Below, piece after piece: positions 1 to 10,214 of a DNA stretch of 64,000 nucleotides. Both the position numbers and the translations under genes were made by a program. The stretch is taken from positions 407,014-471,013 of the forward strand of contig CAVSTR010000004.1 of NCBI GenBank assembly GCA_963730915.1, written 5' to 3'. The notes under the pieces are model-generated. The model was given only the letters and a program-made list of their open reading frames with translations. It was not told where the DNA came from and did no database searches. The stretch is from an uncultured Gemmatimonadales bacterium (GTDB taxonomy: Bacteria; Gemmatimonadota; Gemmatimonadetes; Gemmatimonadales; GWC2-71-9). Position 1 is the first letter of the stretch, and the number at the start of each line of letters is the position of its first letter.

Positions 1-513
1 TGCATAGTTCGGATCCCGTGCGATCGCCTCTTCCAGGTATCTCAGCGCCTGCTCTGCCCCTTCCTCGGTCCACCGGGCCAGGCAATGCCTCCCCAGGAGG
101 TAGCGCTGATACGCCTCCACGTCCCGGGTGGGCTCCTTCCGAACTCGCCGGCGCTCCTCGGGGGACAGCTCTGCCTGGAGCGCAGCCGCTATGTGGAGTG
201 CGACATCGGTCTGTATGGCGAAGATGTCGGTCAGCTCGCGATCGTACGTCTCGGCCCAGAGGTGCCGGTCGGACTCCGCCTCGATGAGCTGCGCCACGAT
301 CCGCACCCGGCTCCCCGCTCGGCGCACGCTTCCTTCCAGCAGCGTTGCCACGTCCAGGGTGGACCCGATCTCTCGCAGGCTCTGCTCCCGCTTCTTGAAC
401 GGCATCACCGAGGTCCGCGAGATCACCTTCAGGGAACGGATCTTCGACAGGTGAGCAATCACGTCCTCGGTGATCCCATCGGCGAAGAACTCGTTCTCGG
501 GATCGGTGCTCAT
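1..513 (-). CDS. C-terminal sensor module (TolB-like N-domain followed by TPR-like helices) normally fused to a Ser/Thr kinase; 3' end runs off the window
   Basis: My own minus-strand translation reads MSTDPENEFFADGITEDVIAHLSKIRSLKVISRTSVMPFKKREQSLREIGSTLDVATLLEGSVRRAGSRVRIVAQLIEAESDRHLWAETYDREL... The ORF is missing from the track because it reaches the window edge. The same frame stays open upstream to about 620 (..FQTPKAFADALSTPADGEARPPSVAVLPFLN-MSTDPENEFF), so it overlaps the kinase ORF. Confidence 0.75.
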   Translation of the reverse strand, partial: MSTDPENEFFADGITEDVIAHLSKIRSLKVISRTSVMPFKKREQSLREIGSTLDVATLLEGSVRRAGSRVRIVAQLIEAESDRHLWAETYDRELTDIFAIQTDVALHIAAALQAELSPEERRRVRKEPTRDVEAYQRYLLGRHCLARWTEEGAEQALRYLEEAIARDPNYA

Positions 514-514
514 A

Positions 515-1435
515 TTAAGGAAGGGAAGCACCGCGACCGATGGCGGCCTTGCCTCGCCGTCCGCTGGGGTGGAGAGCGCGTCTGCGAAGGCTTTCGGCGT
601 TTGAAAACCGGTCAGCCGGATCGATTGCGAGCGCCCGGACGATTGCCTGCTCCACCGCCGACGAGACCAGCGGACGCACGCGGCGAAGACGAGGCGGTGG
701 CTCGGTGAAGCGCCTAGCCATCACCGCCATCGGCGAAGCCCCCGTGTGCGGCGGCTCTCCGGCGAGCAGCTCGTAGAGCACGCAACCAAGACTGTAGATG
801 TCACTCCGAGCGTCGAGGATTCGCTCTCCGGCCGCCTGTTCCGGGCTCATGTACGCCGCGGTGCCGAGTGTCATGCCTGTAGCAGTCAGTCTCGACTCGG
901 TTCCGCCCCGCTGCCCCGCCGCCCCGGTGTCAATCGCGATCCCGAAGTCCATCACCATCGCCACTCCTTCATGCAGCAGGATGTTCTCGGGCTTGATGTC
1001 GCGGTGGATCAGGCCGTTGGCATGGGCGTAGTCCAGCGCGGAGGCAACCTGACGCACGAGCCCGATCGCTTCCTCGATGGGGAGTTGTCGTTCGCGGGAG
1101 AGTTTTTGGCGGAGGGACTCACCTCGCACATACGGCATCGAGAACCACAGCAGATCGTCTCCCCCGCCGCTTTCACGCCCGGCAGCGCCGCTATCGTAGA
1201 GCGGCAGGATATGGGGGTGGGTCAGGCCGGCGGCGACGCGGATCTCTCGGCTGAAGCGCTCCTGGCCGAGCAGGATGCCGACTTCGGGGCGAAGCACTTT
1301 GATCGCCACCTTGCGGCGGTGCTTCAGATCGTCGGCCAGGTAAACGTTGGACATCCCGCCCCGGCCGAGCTCGCGCTCGACGGTGTAGCGGCCCGCGAGT
1401 GCGGTGCTGAGGCGGTCTAGCTGTTCGGTAGGCAC
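515..1435 (-). CDS. Ser/Thr protein kinase catalytic domain (ORF ends prematurely after an apparent frameshift near 604-607)
   Basis: Kinase motifs are present: GRGGMSNVYLA..VAIKVL, HRDIKPENILL, DFGIA, and GTAAYMSPEQ for the activation/P+1 loop. The last ~30 codons look out of frame. Confidence 0.9.
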   Translation of the reverse strand: MPTEQLDRLSTALAGRYTVERELGRGGMSNVYLADDLKHRRKVAIKVLRPEVGILLGQERFSREIRVAAGLTHPHILPLYDSGAAGRESGGGDDLLWFSMPYVRGESLRQKLSRERQLPIEEAIGLVRQVASALDYAHANGLIHRDIKPENILLHEGVAMVMDFGIAIDTGAAGQRGGTESRLTATGMTLGTAAYMSPEQAAGERILDARSDIYSLGCVLYELLAGEPPHTGASPMAVMARRFTEPPPRLRRVRPLVSSAVEQAIVRALAIDPADRFSNAESLRRRALHPSGRRGKAAIGRGASLP

Positions 1436-1502
1436 AGGGCCGGCGGCTTCATTATCTCTATTGTGCCTCGAACCGCGTTGGACGGCAACTGTGCTGACGA
1501 CG

Positions 1503-2738
1503 TTAATTCATCAGGACTGTTTTCACCGAGTCCAGTGACCCATCGTTCGGCGCAGGCGTGACGCCGAGCAGATGCGCGAGCAGCGGGTAGAGATGAATGT
1601 TCTGAAAGGGCGGAACGGTGACGCCCTTCCTGAACGCGGGCCCGCGCGCCAGGAAGATCGCGTGCATCGAGGGCGTCTCCGGCGGATAGCCGTGGGCGCC
1701 CCGGGTGAGGCGGCTTCGGATTGCCGCGGGTCCGTGTGTCGTCACCAGCCAGCCCTCGTCGGCAACCGCAATGATTTCGGGTATGCGGGGGTGATTGCCG
1801 TACTGATACGTCGACATGCTCTGCTTGCGATAAGTCCGGAGATGCGACACGCGCGCGAGGGCCTGATACACCGTGTCGCCCGCTCCTGGCGTCGGTGAGA
1901 GTGATAACATCGCGCCCAGATCCACGATGTTTACCGTCGGAGGATCCACGGCATCGTCCAGATAGATGAGGTGGCCGGGCTCGACCCTCGCCATGCCGTG
2001 ATCCGACACCACCACGAGATTCACCCGCCTCTCCAGCCCTCGCTCCCGCACTCCATTCATGATGGCACCCACCGCGCTGTCCACCTGCGCGATCGCGAGG
2101 TCGGTCTCCGGGGCGTCGGGGCCGAACTCGTGGCCCGCGTCGTCCACGTCGCCGAAGTAGACCGTGATCAGCTGTGGCGCCTGATCGGCGGGCAGGGAGA
2201 GCCAGTCGAGCACCTGCGCGACCCGTTCGGCGTTGGGAACGGCGGCATCGAACATCTTGTACCACGTCGGGCGAACGCCCGCGATCGCCACGTCGGAGCC
2301 GGGCCAGAAGTACGTTGCCGCGCGCTTCCGCTGCCGGACCGCCGTCACCCAGATCGGCTCTCCGCCCCACCAGCGCGGGTCGCGCGCCGCGTTACGGTCG
2401 CGCAGGCTGAAGCGGCCGAGCGCAGAGTCCACCATCGTGTTGGAGACGATGCCGTGGTGTTCGGGATAGAGGCCGGTGGCCATGGTGTAGAAATTGGGAA
2501 ATGTCAGGGTGGGAAAGACGGGGATGAGCCAGCGCGCCCGCGCTCCGGTCCGGGCCAGCTCGCGCAGGTGTCGGGCGGCAGCGCGCTCCAGAAAGCTCGG
2601 GTGAAATCCGTCGAGGCCGATGAGGACGACGGTCGAGCCTTCGCTCACCGGTGAGCCGCGAGTCGCGGCCCCGAGGATCAGGAGGACCAGGCCGACTATA
2701 GCAATCCAGCTCTGTGCTCGCCGCACGCTCGCTCTCAT
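1503..2738 (-). CDS. Ectonucleotide pyrophosphatase/phosphodiesterase (alkaline-phosphatase superfamily), secreted
   Basis: N-terminal signal-like hydrophobic segment. NPP-type motifs GLDGFHP, FPTLTFPNFYTMATGLYPEHHGIV and DHGM. Confidence 0.85.
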   Translation of the reverse strand: MRASVRRAQSWIAIVGLVLLILGAATRGSPVSEGSTVVLIGLDGFHPSFLERAAARHLRELARTGARARWLIPVFPTLTFPNFYTMATGLYPEHHGIVSNTMVDSALGRFSLRDRNAARDPRWWGGEPIWVTAVRQRKRAATYFWPGSDVAIAGVRPTWYKMFDAAVPNAERVAQVLDWLSLPADQAPQLITVYFGDVDDAGHEFGPDAPETDLAIAQVDSAVGAIMNGVRERGLERRVNLVVVSDHGMARVEPGHLIYLDDAVDPPTVNIVDLGAMLSLSPTPGAGDTVYQALARVSHLRTYRKQSMSTYQYGNHPRIPEIIAVADEGWLVTTHGPAAIRSRLTRGAHGYPPETPSMHAIFLARGPAFRKGVTVPPFQNIHLYPLLAHLLGVTPAPNDGSLDSVKTVLMN

Positions 2739-2758
2739 CCGTACCTGCAGAGGGCGAC

Positions 2759-3025
2759 CTATTCGATGGTCAGGTTCGCGAAGATGAGAACTTTCCGCTC
2801 CAGGTCAAACGTTGCACTCTTGCTGCGGGCGAGCAGCTTCACCAAGACGTCGGTATCCTCGGCACTCGGGCGAAGCACATACTCATCGGCACCATGGTCC
2901 AGCACAAGCTGGAGGGTGAAAGCTCCAGGACCGCCGCGCTCCATCTCGGTCCAGGAGGCTTGCGCATGGGTCACCTGTCGCACCTGGATCTGGCGTTCGG
3001 CAGGGGTGTTCTCTCGGGGGGACAT
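2759..3025 (-). CDS. Small hypothetical protein (88 aa from the internal ATG)
   Basis: ORF 2759..3079. The ATG at 3025 has a GGAG 7 nt upstream. No family recognised. Confidence 0.45.
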   Translation of the reverse strand: MSPRENTPAERQIQVRQVTHAQASWTEMERGGPGAFTLQLVLDHGADEYVLRPSAEDTDVLVKLLARSKSATFDLERKVLIFANLTIE

Positions 3026-3203
3026 AGATCGCTCCGGGTAATGGTAAGGCGTCCGCGTCTTCGATCGCGAGATACCCAAGCTAGTGGAATTGCTGGTGCC
3101 TTCGATACGCCCGAGACCACATCGATAGGGAGGCTCTCATAGCCGCTATGACCCCGGCTGCTGTCCGGCCGGGGGCGCCACTTGCGCTCCGCGGTCCTTT
3201 TGT

Positions 3204-3221
3204 ATATGATGATCATCATAT
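3204..3221. promoter_or_regulatory. Perfect 18-bp palindrome ATATGATGATCATCATAT, candidate TetR operator overlapping the tetR start codon
   Basis: Read directly from the sequence. A near-identical copy lies at 3856-3875. Confidence 0.7.
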
Positions 3222-3816
3222 GACTACCGCCGCCAAGAGACGTCCCGACCCCAGCCGCAAGGAAGCCACGCACGAGCGCATCGTCGAGGCTGCGGCCCGA
3301 GCCATCCGGCGCAGCGGGTACAACGGCACCGGCGTCGCCGACATCATGAAGGCCGCCGGCCTGACCCATGGCGGCTTCTATGCCCACTTCGACTCGCGCG
3401 AGGCGATGCTGGCGGAGGCAGCCGACCGCGCCGGCGCCGAGAGTGTGGCGACGCTTGAGCGCATGGCCGCAGCCGCACCCCCTGAGAAGGGGCTGCAGAC
3501 GCTGGTGCGGGCCTATCTCTCGAAGGAACACCTCGAACGGGCCGAGACTGGATGCCCGATGGCGGCGCTCGGTTCGGAGATGCCGCGCCAGGCGCCCGAG
3601 GTTCGGCGGGCCGCCACCCGCCGGATCAAGGAAGCGATCGACCTCGTCGCTCGCCAGCTGCCTGACTGGGGCAAGCCGGCCGCGCACGAGCAGGCACTCG
3701 CCACCCTATCCACGATGGTCGGGGCAATGGTGCTGGCCCGCGCAGTCGACGACCCCAAGCTCTCCGACGCCTTTCGCTCGGCGGCGCTGAAGCACTCCAC
3801 CCCTACCAGCTCCTGA
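3220..3816 (+). CDS. TetR/AcrR family transcriptional regulator
   Basis: N-terminal HTH region: ERIVEAAARAIRRSGYNGTGVADIMKAAGLTHGGFYAHFDSREAML. The start is placed at the internal ATG at 3220. Confidence 0.9.
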   Translation: MTTAAKRRPDPSRKEATHERIVEAAARAIRRSGYNGTGVADIMKAAGLTHGGFYAHFDSREAMLAEAADRAGAESVATLERMAAAAPPEKGLQTLVRAYLSKEHLERAETGCPMAALGSEMPRQAPEVRRAATRRIKEAIDLVARQLPDWGKPAAHEQALATLSTMVGAMVLARAVDDPKLSDAFRSAALKHSTPTSS

Positions 3817-3855
3817 CCGCCAATGCACCAGCTACGGAGGTTACGTTCGCACTAG

Positions 3856-3875
3856 AATATGATGTTCATCATATT
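3856..3875. promoter_or_regulatory. Second operator-like palindrome AATATGATGTTCATCATATT upstream of the SDR gene
   Basis: It shares the half-site ATATGATG with 3204-3221 and lies ~40 nt upstream of the ATG at 3917. Confidence 0.65.
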
Positions 3876-3916
3876 TGACTAGACAGCAGTTGACCTCAAC
3901 CGAAAGAGAGCACGGT

Positions 3917-4744
<828 letters not shown>

Positions 4745-4786
4745 TTGGCCCAACCTATTCACGATTACTCCTGAGGAGGACAACCA

Positions 4787-5278
4787 ATGTTCACCAAGAT
4801 TCAGAGTCGCGCACTTGTAGTGCTAGGGCTGGGGCTCTCGCCCGTAGCAAACTCGCTGGGTGGTCAGAGTGTAACAGTCGATGGGCCCAGTCAGGGTAAC
4901 AGGATCGAGCTGTCCTATCACGTGAAGGCCATCAAGCGGGACAGCGCGGGACAGTATACGATGTCGGGTACAGTGAATGGCGAGCTGCAGGGCCGGGCGA
5001 CCCTCGTGTTCGGCTTCGACCAGGGATCATCCGGGCAAGCCGGCAAGGCACCGGTTCATTCCTACTGGGTCGTGGAAGCGGAGCCGGCGTCAGACTCCTT
5101 CAAAGCGGAATTGAGGGGAACTGTCGAGGCGATCTCGGGTCAGACCCACCTGGTCGGCACGATCACTGAAGGCGCCAACAAGGGGCGCCGGGTCGAGACC
5201 AGCAGCCGGCTGCTCAACTTCGGGCCCAACGGTTCGTTGAGTGACATCGACGGCAACATGAACATTGACGGGAAGTAA
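4787..5278 (+). CDS. Hypothetical secreted protein
   Basis: GAGGAGG RBS upstream and an N-terminal signal-like segment MFTKIQSRALVVLGLGL. No family recognised. Confidence 0.6.
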   Translation: MFTKIQSRALVVLGLGLSPVANSLGGQSVTVDGPSQGNRIELSYHVKAIKRDSAGQYTMSGTVNGELQGRATLVFGFDQGSSGQAGKAPVHSYWVVEAEPASDSFKAELRGTVEAISGQTHLVGTITEGANKGRRVETSSRLLNFGPNGSLSDIDGNMNIDGK

Positions 5279-5285
5279 GGAGCGC

Positions 5286-5316
5286 GCCGCCGAGAGTGCA
5301 CCTCGGCGGCGTTTTT
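5286..5316 (+). terminator. Rho-independent terminator
   Basis: GCCGCCGAG / CTCGGCGGC stem, 7-nt loop, then GTTTTT. Confidence 0.75.
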
Positions 5317-5324
5317 GTCTTTCG

Positions 5325-6533
5325 TTAGCGCACAGACCGCAGCCCGGTGCGGACCTCCTGGGTGAAGGACGCCGGCTGCTCCCAGGCCGCGAAGTGCCCG
5401 CCTTTGTCGAGCTTGTTGTAGTGGATGAGCTTGGGATACGCCTTCTCGGTCCAGCTCCGTGGCGCCGGATAGAGCTCGTCAGGATAGACGCTGACGGCAA
5501 CCGGGATGGTGACGCCTTTCACGTTGAAGTACCCCTTGCCGAAATACTCCCAGTAGAGCCGGGCGCCGGATAGGGCCGTGTTCGTCAGCCAGGCGATGGT
5601 AATGTTGTCGAGGACGTCGTCGCGGGTGAGACCCTCGGACTGCCCCTCAAAGACGCGCCTGATGAGCTCGTAGCTGCGCAGGTCGTGATCGAGGAAGTAT
5701 GCCGCCAGTCCAACCGGTGAGTCCGCGATGCCGTACAGCGTCTGCGGCCTGAGCCCCATCTGGAAACCGTAGGCGATTCCCTTCTGATAGACATACTGCA
5801 GACGCTCGTAGGCGACCTTCTCGTCGGCTGAGAGATTCGACGGCGCCGGAGCCCCTGAGAAGGCCATCGCATCGATCTCGGCGGGAAAGATGCCGGGCAT
5901 GTTGGTGTGAATGCCGAGCAGCTCCGGTGGCTTTTGTGCCGCCATCAGGTCTACGATGACTGCCCCCCAATCGCCGCCTTGAGCCGCGAACTTCGTGTAG
6001 CCGAGCCGCTTCATCAGCTCCACCCAGGCACGTGCGATGCGCTCGGGGCCCCAGCCGGTGGTGCTCGGCCGGCCGGAATAGCCGTAGCCGGGCATCGACG
6101 GAACCACCACATGGAAGGCGTCCGACGCGCTCCCACCGTGTGCCGTAGGATTGGTCAGCGGATCGATGATCTTCAGCTGCTCGATGATCGAGCCGGGCCA
6201 GCCGTGGGTGACGATGAGCGGCAGCGCATCCTCATGCTTCGAGCGAACGTGAATGAAGTGGATGTCCAACCCATCTATCCTGGTGATGAAGTTAGGAAGC
6301 GCCTTCAGCCGCGCCTCGCATTTCCGCCAGTCGTACTCTTTTTCCCAATAGCTCGCGAGCGCTCGCATCGTCTCGAGCTGTACGCCCTGCGACTGATCGT
6401 CGACGGTCTCCTTCTCCGGCCAGCGCGTGGCCGCGATGCGCGCACGTAGATCCTCGAGATCCGCCTCGGGCGTTTCGATGGTGAACGGCCGTATCGCCGG
6501 GGCCGCGGCCGGCTTTGCGGTTGCAGTGGCCAT
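5325..6533 (-). CDS. Epoxide hydrolase (alpha/beta hydrolase with EH N-terminal domain)
   Basis: N-terminal domain signature (RPFTI..P.ADLEDLRARIAATRWP, ..YW..EYDWRK.E..LN) followed by HGWPGS. Confidence 0.85.
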   Translation of the reverse strand: MATATAKPAAAPAIRPFTIETPEADLEDLRARIAATRWPEKETVDDQSQGVQLETMRALASYWEKEYDWRKCEARLKALPNFITRIDGLDIHFIHVRSKHEDALPLIVTHGWPGSIIEQLKIIDPLTNPTAHGGSASDAFHVVVPSMPGYGYSGRPSTTGWGPERIARAWVELMKRLGYTKFAAQGGDWGAVIVDLMAAQKPPELLGIHTNMPGIFPAEIDAMAFSGAPAPSNLSADEKVAYERLQYVYQKGIAYGFQMGLRPQTLYGIADSPVGLAAYFLDHDLRSYELIRRVFEGQSEGLTRDDVLDNITIAWLTNTALSGARLYWEYFGKGYFNVKGVTIPVAVSVYPDELYPAPRSWTEKAYPKLIHYNKLDKGGHFAAWEQPASFTQEVRTGLRSVR

Positions 6534-6597
6534 GTGAGTCTCTCTCGGTTTTGGAGTGGTGGTCGGAAATGAGAGCAGGCGATCGCACTTCGCATAA

Positions 6598-6637
6598 CAA
6601 AAAACCGCCGGTTCACCTTGATAGGCGGCTCGGCGGT
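6598..6637 (-). terminator. Possible Rho-independent terminator on the minus strand
   Basis: Minus strand reads ACCGCCGAGCCGCCTATCAAGGTGAACCGGCGGTTTTTTG: a 6-bp GC stem plus a T6 tail. The loop is long. Confidence 0.5.
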
Positions 6638-6640
6638 CTT

Positions 6641-7245
6641 GGGACCTTCGCGGGCGCCACGACGGCGCGGAGGGGGCGAGGACCCGTGGCTTTGCGACAC
6701 CGGCTTTCGCCGGTTGTGCTCTTAGCTATGTGGTGGTGGCGAGGGGTACCATACCGCGCGGTACTGACCTCGTCAATGCTCCATCGTGCGGCTGAAGGTC
6801 AGCTGGTTCATCTTTCCTGCGGCCCTCCGCCTGTGTTCCGTGTCTCCTCTTCCCCGAGAGCAGATCCTTAACTCACTAAATGCGAAGAACGCTGACGATC
6901 TAAGTGCGGGTTTCGGATCGCGGTATTTAACTCGCGCGGTGTTTACTACGACACCCGGGGAAGAGAAGAGCAAGAGCTAGCTAAGCAATATCGGGATCGT
7001 GCCGACCAGGTAGAGGATAAAGGATATTATAGGTTTGCTGCCACCTTGAGACAGTTAGCTGCAGCCTACGAGCGGGATGCCAAGTTAGCTGCCAAGGAAA
7101 CGTTTGACCTCTAGGGACATGGGCCGTGTAGTGCTTGGGTTGCGGCCTATAAACGCGTGTGAACTTTCCAGCTGACTTTGGGTTGACTCCTGAACGGAGT
7201 GCTCGCTCGCGGGCCCACCAAGACTTTGCTGGCAGGTTGAAGGTT
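6641..7245. other. Low-GC (~50%) non-coding or decayed island of unknown nature
   Basis: There are stops in all frames. The only protein-like stretch is a start-less plus-strand reading 6896-7114. The minus strand has a GNRA-capped hairpin ACCGGC-GAAA-GCCGGT. Confidence 0.4.
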
Positions 7246-7265
7246 CTATATAGCCCAGGGACTTC

Positions 7266-9163
7266 CTAGCGATATCCGGCGGCTTGAAGCTGGAACAGCT
7301 CCGAGTACAGTCCTCCCAGCTCCACCAGCGCCTCGTGGGTCCCCTGTTCCACCAGCTCCCCACCCTTCAGCACCAGGATCCGGTCGGCCATCCGAACCGT
7401 CGAGAACCGGTGCGAGATCAGCACCGCCATCCTTCCTTTCGTCAGCTCTGAGAACCTGAGGAACACCTCGTACTCCGCCCGGGCATCCAGTGCCGCGGTG
7501 GGCTCGTCCAGGATCAGGAGCTGCGCGTCCCGCATGTAGGCCCGGGCCAGCGCCACCTTCTGCCACTCGCCGCCCGAGAGATCCACCCCGCCCTCGAACC
7601 GCTTCCCCAGCATCTGGTCGTACTGGCCTGCGAGCCGCTGGGCCACCGAATCGGCCAGGCTCCGCTCCGCCGCGGCCCTGATCGCGGGATCGTCCTCGAT
7701 CCGGGCGATGTTGCCCACGGCGATGTTCTCCTTCAGGGCGAAATCGTAGCGCACGAAGTCCTGGAAGATGACGCCGACGTTCTTCCGCAGGCTGTCGACG
7801 TCGTACTCCCGGAGATCCACGCCGTCGAGCAGGATCCGCCCCTCGTCCGGGTCGTAGAGCCGAGCCAGCAGCTTCACCAGCGTGGTCTTGCCGGCGCCGT
7901 TCTCGCCCACCAGCGCGATCCGCTCGCCCGGCGCCAGCGCGAAGTTGAGATGCCGCACCGCCCAGCTCTCCGCGCGGGGATACTTGAACCCCACACCCTC
8001 GAACACGAAGCCCTGCGTGATCGGCACCGGCACCTGCCGCGCACCCGGATTGCGCCGGATGCTGGGCTCGATGTCGAGGAAGCTGAACAGATCCTCCAGA
8101 TAGAGACTCTGCTCGAACACCTGCGACAGGGAGAGCAGCACCCGCTGGATCAGATCGCGGCTCTGCCGGAACGAGCCGGCGAGGAAGGTCAGAACTCCGA
8201 TGGTGAACACCCCGGCCCGCGACTCGTGCCCGATGACCGTCAAGTAGATGATGACGGCATACGCCCCGTAGTACCCCAGCGTGCCCACGAACGACAGCAA
8301 GGTGGACGCGACGCTCCGCCGGACCGCCAGGTTCCGGTTGGCCCGGTAGAACTCGTCCGACAAGCCGGTCGTACCGCCCGACCAGAAAATCCGACAGCCC
8401 GAAGAGCTTGAGCTCCTTGGCCGAGATGTCGCTGGCGCCGATGTAGCGGAGGTAGTCGAGCTGACGCCGCTCGGGAGTCCATGAATACAGGAGCGAGTAG
8501 CCCAGCGAGGCGAAGTGGGTCTCGCCCAGGAGCGACGGCAGCACCGCGACCACCAGCAACAGCAGCAGCCAGGGTACGTAGACCGTGAGCGCCGCGGCCA
8601 GGGTGATCAGGGTGATCAGGTCCTGCAGCGTCGCCAGCAACATCGTAAACAGGCCGATGCGGCCGACCGTCTGCCGCCGGGCCCGCTCCAGCTTGTCGTA
8701 GATCTCCGCGTCCTCGAACTGCTCCAGGTCGAGATTGGCGGCGTGCTTCATGAGCTGCACGCTGGTCCGGTTGGCGAACAGGTCTCCCAGGAGGCTCTCG
8801 AGCAGGGCCGATACTCGGCTCAATCCTTCGCCCACCAGGGCGATGCCGAGCTCGATGCCGACCAGGATCGCGAGACGGCTCCACGCCGACCTCGCCTCCC
8901 GCCTGCGCCACGTTGATCGAGTGCACCACCTCGTCCACGATGAGCTTCCCGATCCAGAGCACCGCCAGCGGAATGACCGACCGGGCGATCCGCAGCAGAA
9001 GGATTCCGACCACGTAGCCCGGCTTGGTCTCCCACACCATCCGGAGAAGCTTGGGCAGATGCCGAAGCGCCTGGAGCCGCTCGCGCCAGGAGCGGTCCGG
9101 CGCGGCCGGCATGCGTCCGCGTCCGTTGCCGCGAATGACGGGGTGTTGGAGAGGGAGGGACAT
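7266..9163 (-). pseudogene. ABC transporter, fused permease/ATPase (MsbA-like exporter), broken into three frames as assembled
   Basis: TM segments are in ORFs 8240..9163 and 7246..8835. The NBD is in ORF 7266..8363 (GENGAGKTT Walker A, LSGGEWQ signature, LLILDEPT Walker B). Frame changes lie near 8885 and 8360. Confidence 0.85.
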
Positions 9164-9164
9164 A

Positions 9165-9450
9165 CTCTAAAAGTAAGGGGACTAGGACAGGCGTGAGCGG
9201 GAAAAACGAAAACGTGAGCGGGACGAGGAGCAGCGTGAACCCGAGCGGGTACGGGTCACAATATCATCCGAGCGAGTAATCTGGGGGATTGCTTCGGCGC
9301 TCCGCGCCTCGCAATGACTGTTTGGCTGTTCCCGCTTACCGCTCACGTTTGTCCTAGCCCCGCTCACGCTTTTTCATACAGCCCCCCACCGCTCACGTTT
9401 GTCCCTTCGCTTCGCTCAGGGCGTGCCTAGCCCCGCTTACTCTTTTACCT
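9165..9450. repeat. Palindromic cassette A: GTGAGCGG-type left arm, ~65-nt core, CCGCTCAC-type right arm
   Basis: The left arm 9170-9255 is similar to the reverse complement of the right arm 9331-9450. The core 9256-9320 is shared with cassette B. Confidence 0.8.
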
Positions 9451-9485
9451 TAGGTCGTATCAGCTTCCCACCCCAGGAGACCTCC

Positions 9486-10214
9486 ATGGCAGTGAGTGCG
9501 GCGGCAGTACGGACGGCTCGGCGAACTCGGCGCTTCTACGTCGGAATGGCGATCGCCATTACCATCACCGTATTCGTCGGGTTCTCCCGCAGCTATTTCC
9601 TCAAATCATGGTACGGCACGCGGGAGCTGAGCGGCCTGCTCCACGTCCACGGCCTGATCTTCACCGCGTGGGTTCTGTTCTTCCTCTCCCAATCGGTGCT
9701 GGTGGCAACCGGCAGAACGTACCTGCACCGCAGAATGGGTATCGGCGGGGCCGTGCTGGCCGGGCTGGTGGTGATCGTGGGGACTGTGGTCGCGATCCAC
9801 CGGGCCAAGACGGGCGTGTCCCCCATTCCCGGGGTGCCGCCGCTTGGTTTCCTTGCGATTCCTCTTTTCGATATGGTCGTGTTTGCAGTGCTGGTGAGCT
9901 CAGCCATCTACTTCCGTCACCGGCTGGAGGCCCACAAGCGGCTGATGACGTTGTCCATGATCAGCCTGCTTGCGGCTCCGATAGCCCGGATGAACTTTCT
10001 CCCGCTGCCGCCCGGCCCACCCACGTTCTTCGGTCTGGCGGATCTCTTCATCGTGGTCCTGGTGGTGTATGATCTCTCGACTCGAGGGAAGGTACATCCT
10101 GCCACGATCTGGGGCGGGCTTCTCATTGTCGCCTCGCAGCCATTCCGGCTGATGATCTCCGGAACCGCGCCCTGGCTGGCGTTTGCGAGCTGGCTAACGG
10201 GTACTGCAACGTGA
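9486..10214 (+). CDS. Integral membrane protein (about 6 TM), family not recognised
   Basis: AGGAGA RBS 5 nt before the ATG at 9486, then repeated hydrophobic segments. The stop TGA at 10212-10214 lies inside the first GTGAGCGG unit of cassette B. Confidence 0.7.
   Translation: MAVSAAAVRTARRTRRFYVGMAIAITITVFVGFSRSYFLKSWYGTRELSGLLHVHGLIFTAWVLFFLSQSVLVATGRTYLHRRMGIGGAVLAGLVVIVGTVVAIHRAKTGVSPIPGVPPLGFLAIPLFDMVVFAVLVSSAIYFRHRLEAHKRLMTLSMISLLAAPIARMNFLPLPPGPPTFFGLADLFIVVLVVYDLSTRGKVHPATIWGGLLIVASQPFRLMISGTAPWLAFASWLTGTAT

Noticed and set aside
6641-7245. tmRNA or RNase P RNA in the low-GC island. CCACCA-like ends occur at ~6737 (minus strand) and ~7222 (plus strand), there is a GGGGGCGAGGACCC..GGCTTTGCGAC 5'-like string, and an AGGAAGTCCC string near 7255.
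   Set aside because: There is no GGTTCGAATCC-type T-loop and no acceptor stem with a G-U third pair complementary to either candidate 3' end. There is no ..LAA-type tag reading frame. The RNase P GGAAAGTCCGGGC / ACAGAACCCGGCTTA boxes are absent.
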